Both the position numbers and the translations under genes were made by a program. A stretch of 64,000 bases of DNA, taken from positions 4,154,001 to 4,218,000 of the forward strand of contig OZ361256.1 in NCBI GenBank assembly GCA_977018835.1, given 5' to 3'. Source of the DNA: Minutocellus sp. GHC0000111 (Eukaryota). Below, piece by piece: positions 60,761 to 64,000 of the stretch (its first letter is position 1; every line of letters starts with the position of its first letter). The notes under the pieces are model-generated. The model was not told where the DNA came from. It saw nothing but the letters and a program-made list of their open reading frames with translations, and searched no databases.

Positions 60761-61681
60761 ATGGATTCCTCAACGCAAATGACGGTGATAACGACCGCCA
60801 CTCAGAAGACTTCCCTGGTAGAAGTAGAAGGTTCGCCGACGACTACTTCCCAAGACGGGACGGAATGTAGCACCCCAACTTCCAGCACTTTCGACGAGGA
60901 GCGATCGCAGGCGCAATCGGTAGATCTGGACTCGACCACTCCACCAACCACTCCTGACCAAATCAATATCGCCACAGAGGATGGTCGAAAACCTCCGTCG
61001 CCTCTGGCGGCTGCCGACAAGCAGTTCCCGCTGGTGCCGTATCTGTCGGCCCGGCCAGACGACAGAAAAGAAGACGCAACCGAAGGTGCAGAACCAAAGT
61101 CCAAAGCAGCAGTCGACGGGATCCTCGTCGTTGGATCTCAAGACTGTCCCACCCGCCTCCGCACACGCCGAAGACGACGACGACGACGCAACGTCACCTT
61201 CACCACCCTCACCGTCCACCACCATCCCCACACCCTGTGCGACAATCCGGCCGTATCCGACGGGGGAGTCCCCCTCGGCCTCGCCTGGACGTCGACCCAC
61301 ACCCACATCCACGACGTGGACGAGTACGAGTACGACCGACAGATGGCGGGGAATGAGCGACGGTCCACCCAACAGCTGCGGATGAACGGCGACAAGCGGC
61401 GCATGCTGCTTTTAAAGGTGGGGCATACCGACGAGGAGATGGAGGAGATGGTGGAAGAGGTGAGGAGGGTGCAGATGAACCGCGCCAGGACCATGGGAGG
61501 TGGCTACGGCATCGGTGGAACGCTGTTCGATATGGGGAGCAAGACACGGATGGTACGGAACGTTGGTACCAAGGCCAAGAGGCAGGTGGGCAAGGTTGTG
61601 GTGGCCATGGATAAGGCTACGACCATACGGATCCAACCGATTGGGAGATCCGTCTTGGAGTTTGGGGAGGAGGATGGCTGA
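60761..61681 (+). CDS. Diatom 'VxF..DNP..GxPxGLxW' family hypothetical protein
   Basis: RNVTFTTLTV..LCDNPAVSDGGVPLGLAW..DVDEYE. Confidence 0.8.
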   Translation: MDSSTQMTVITTATQKTSLVEVEGSPTTTSQDGTECSTPTSSTFDEERSQAQSVDLDSTTPPTTPDQINIATEDGRKPPSPLAAADKQFPLVPYLSARPDDRKEDATEGAEPKSKAAVDGILVVGSQDCPTRLRTRRRRRRRRNVTFTTLTVHHHPHTLCDNPAVSDGGVPLGLAWTSTHTHIHDVDEYEYDRQMAGNERRSTQQLRMNGDKRRMLLLKVGHTDEEMEEMVEEVRRVQMNRARTMGGGYGIGGTLFDMGSKTRMVRNVGTKAKRQVGKVVVAMDKATTIRIQPIGRSVLEFGEEDG

Positions 61682-61828
61682 GGATGGGTAATCACACCAA
61701 CATTATCTTTCCCATTTTATACGATTTGATACAGTAACAAAAATGCCTATCGTCTGCTCTGCTCATACATGTATGTATTAATAGTTTTAGGTTATACGTC
61801 ATCACAGTCTCCAATACATTTTACAGAA

Positions 61829-64000
61829 CTACGGTGAAGCTGTAGGATATTGGCATCCAAGATTAGCATCGCAGGTGTTGGTGGTCCCTGCATCGTTATC
61901 ATCACACCTGTCATTGTCCGGTGTGTAAACACATCCCGTATTAGGATCACAACTCTCGATGGTGCACACGATGGCATCGTTGCAAAAGGAGTCGTTAGCC
62001 GTGATATAACATCCCGTCCCAGCCACCCCGTTACCAGTATCACAGGTGTTGGTGGTGCACGCGATGCCATCGTTACACCTAGAATCGACCGGAAAGAAGT
62101 AGCATCCCGTCAAAGGATCCGCAGACCCGTTGTCAGGATCACAGATATCGGTGGTGCACGAATAGGTATCGTCGCACATTGAATTGTCCCATGTGTTAAG
62201 GCATCCCGTGGAAACATCACCAAAAACAGGATTGCAGGTATCGGTGGTGCATGAATAGTTATCGTTGCACCTGGAATGGACCGCTTCGTTAACACATCCC
62301 GTCATAGGATCCGCATTCCCGTTCTCAGGATCACAAGTGTCGGTGGTGCACGAAAGATTATCGTTGCAAAAGGAGTTGACATTCGTGATAAGGCATCCCG
62401 TGCCAATTTCATTCGCGTTCACAGGATCACAAGTGTTGGTGGTGCACGCGAAGCCATCGTTACATCTGGAATCGACCGGCATGTTAAAGCACCCCGTCAC
62501 AAGCTCCCCGTTTCTAGGATCACAAGTATCGGTGGTGCACGAGAGGTTATCGTTGCACCTGGAATTGACCGAGGTGAAACGGCATCCCGTCACATGAGCC
62601 GCATTCCCGTCATTAGGACTACAGGTATCGGTGGTGCACGAAAGATTATCGTTGCACATTGAATTGTCACGTGTGTTAAGACATCCTGTCCCGATAGCCC
62701 CATTAATAGGATCGCAGGTGTCGGTGGTGCACGAAAGGTTATCGTTGCACCTGGAATTGACCGAGGTGAAAAGGCATCCCGTCACAAGATCCGCATTCCC
62801 GTTAGTAGGATCGCAAGTATCGGTGGTGCACGAGAGGTTATCGTTGCACACTGAATTGTCCGGCGTGAAGAGGCATCCCGTCACAGGATCCGCAAACCCG
62901 TTAGTAGGACTACAGGTGTCGGTGGTGCACGAGAGATTATCGTTGCACCTGGAATTGACCGAGGTGAAAAGGCATCCCGTCACAGGATCCGCATTCCCGT
63001 TAGTAGGACTACAGGTGTCGGTGGTGCACGAAAGGTTATCGTTGCACATTGAATTGTCCCGTGTGTTAAGACATCCTGTCCCGATAGCCCCATAAATAGG
63101 ATTGCAGGTGTCGGTGGTGCACGAAAGGTTATCGTTGCACATTGAATCGACCGGGGTGAAAATGCAACCGCTGCTTGCATCGCAAGTATCGGTGGTGCAC
63201 GAGAAGGTATCAGTGCACCTGTTGTCGTTTGCAGTGTGTACACAGAACCCATTGACACAAGCATCATCAGTGCAGTCAATGTTGTCGTTGCAGTCTCCAT
63301 TAGCAACACATGAGAGTACAGGGCTTGGGCCGGGAGGGGTTGGGCCGGAAGGGCTGGGCTGTCCACCTGTGAGGTAGGTTGGTATGTGAGAGGTTCGACG
63401 AAAGAAAGCAAAATATGACAATTGAATTTGATGCCTTGAGTAAAAAAGAGCTGGGTTTGCTTACATAACACGTGATCGGTAGAAAGAAATACGTATCTAG
63501 TTGGAGGTAGGCGATCTTGATACTGAATGGAGATCAAACTATAGCTCACCTTTGGGGGCCTTGGTACTGCCGCCTGTTGTGCCCTTTGCAGCCTTGGCAG
63601 TGGTCGTCGTACCGCCACCTGTAGTTGTGCCCTTGGCAGCCTTGGCAGTGGTCGTCGTGCCAGTAATAGTACCGCCTGGCGTGTCAGGGTCAGGGTAAGG
63701 ATAAGGGTAGGTTGAATATGATAACAATAAAGTAATGTGAGAAAACGGCACAAAAGGAAACACCAATGCAAGTAAGAAAGTTTAGTATATATGTGCGAGC
63801 CAGGTGTATGCATATGTACCTTTGGCAGCCTTGGCTGTCGTGGTAGTGCCCTTTGCTGCCTTGGCGCTGGTCTGCTGCAGCTCAAAGACGCTCTTGGTGT
63901 TGTCGAAGCCCCTAACGTTGATGGTCTCCTCGAAGAATTCCGCGTCGGTACCGACGCCAGAGTACCGGGAGACTGGCGCCGACCCCAAGACGTCGCAGTT
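61829..64000 (-). CDS. Secreted-type Cys-rich repeat protein (Dictyostelium CTDC-like repeats) with KAAK/Thr-rich linkers; 5' end lies outside the window
   Basis: Exons >64000-63820, 63675-63550 and 63366-61829 with phase-consistent GT-AG introns; about 15 CNDNLSCTTDTC repeats. Confidence 0.85.
61860..63290 (-). repeat. Coding tandem repeat array, ~93-99-bp units
   Basis: Recurring tcggtggtgcacgaaaggttatcgttgcac core. Confidence 0.92.

Noticed and set aside
61860..63290. Conserved core with variable intervals resembling a CRISPR array
   Set aside because: Fully explained as in-frame Cys-rich protein repeats; the intervals are homologous to each other

Overview
Eukaryotic nuclear DNA, most likely from a diatom. 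Evidence: bipartite plastid-targeting presequences, DUF6824-like domains, an expanded 'VxF...RGLE' small-protein family, KAAK silaffin-like motifs, GT-AG introns and short intergenic spacers. About 30 protein genes are visible, including PTOX, a MABP-Sec7-PH ARF-GEF, a class C GPCR, a truncated globin, HMG-box, JmjC, a deaminase, MATE, gamma-SNAP-like, an SPPL peptidase, an SMP-domain protein and a Cys-repeat cell-wall protein. Mobile elements: a degenerate Crypton-like tyrosine recombinase ORF (6073-8315), a full-length Tc1/mariner element with TIRs and TA flanks (28125-30015), and a hAT-type MITE with an 8-bp TSD (38886-39156). Most notable: (1) a perfect 140-bp inverted copy of the catalytic YD segment of the SPPL gene sits inside the neighbouring gamma-SNAP-like gene; (2) a serine-recombinase-like catalytic domain is embedded in a multidomain eukaryotic protein next to the tyrosine recombinase; (3) an ~83-bp structured repeat with a conserved hairpin lies ~200 bp downstream of two distant members of one gene family; (4) frameshifts and premature stops are widespread, even in housekeeping-type genes. 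All domain calls are by visual motif recognition; no searches were run.
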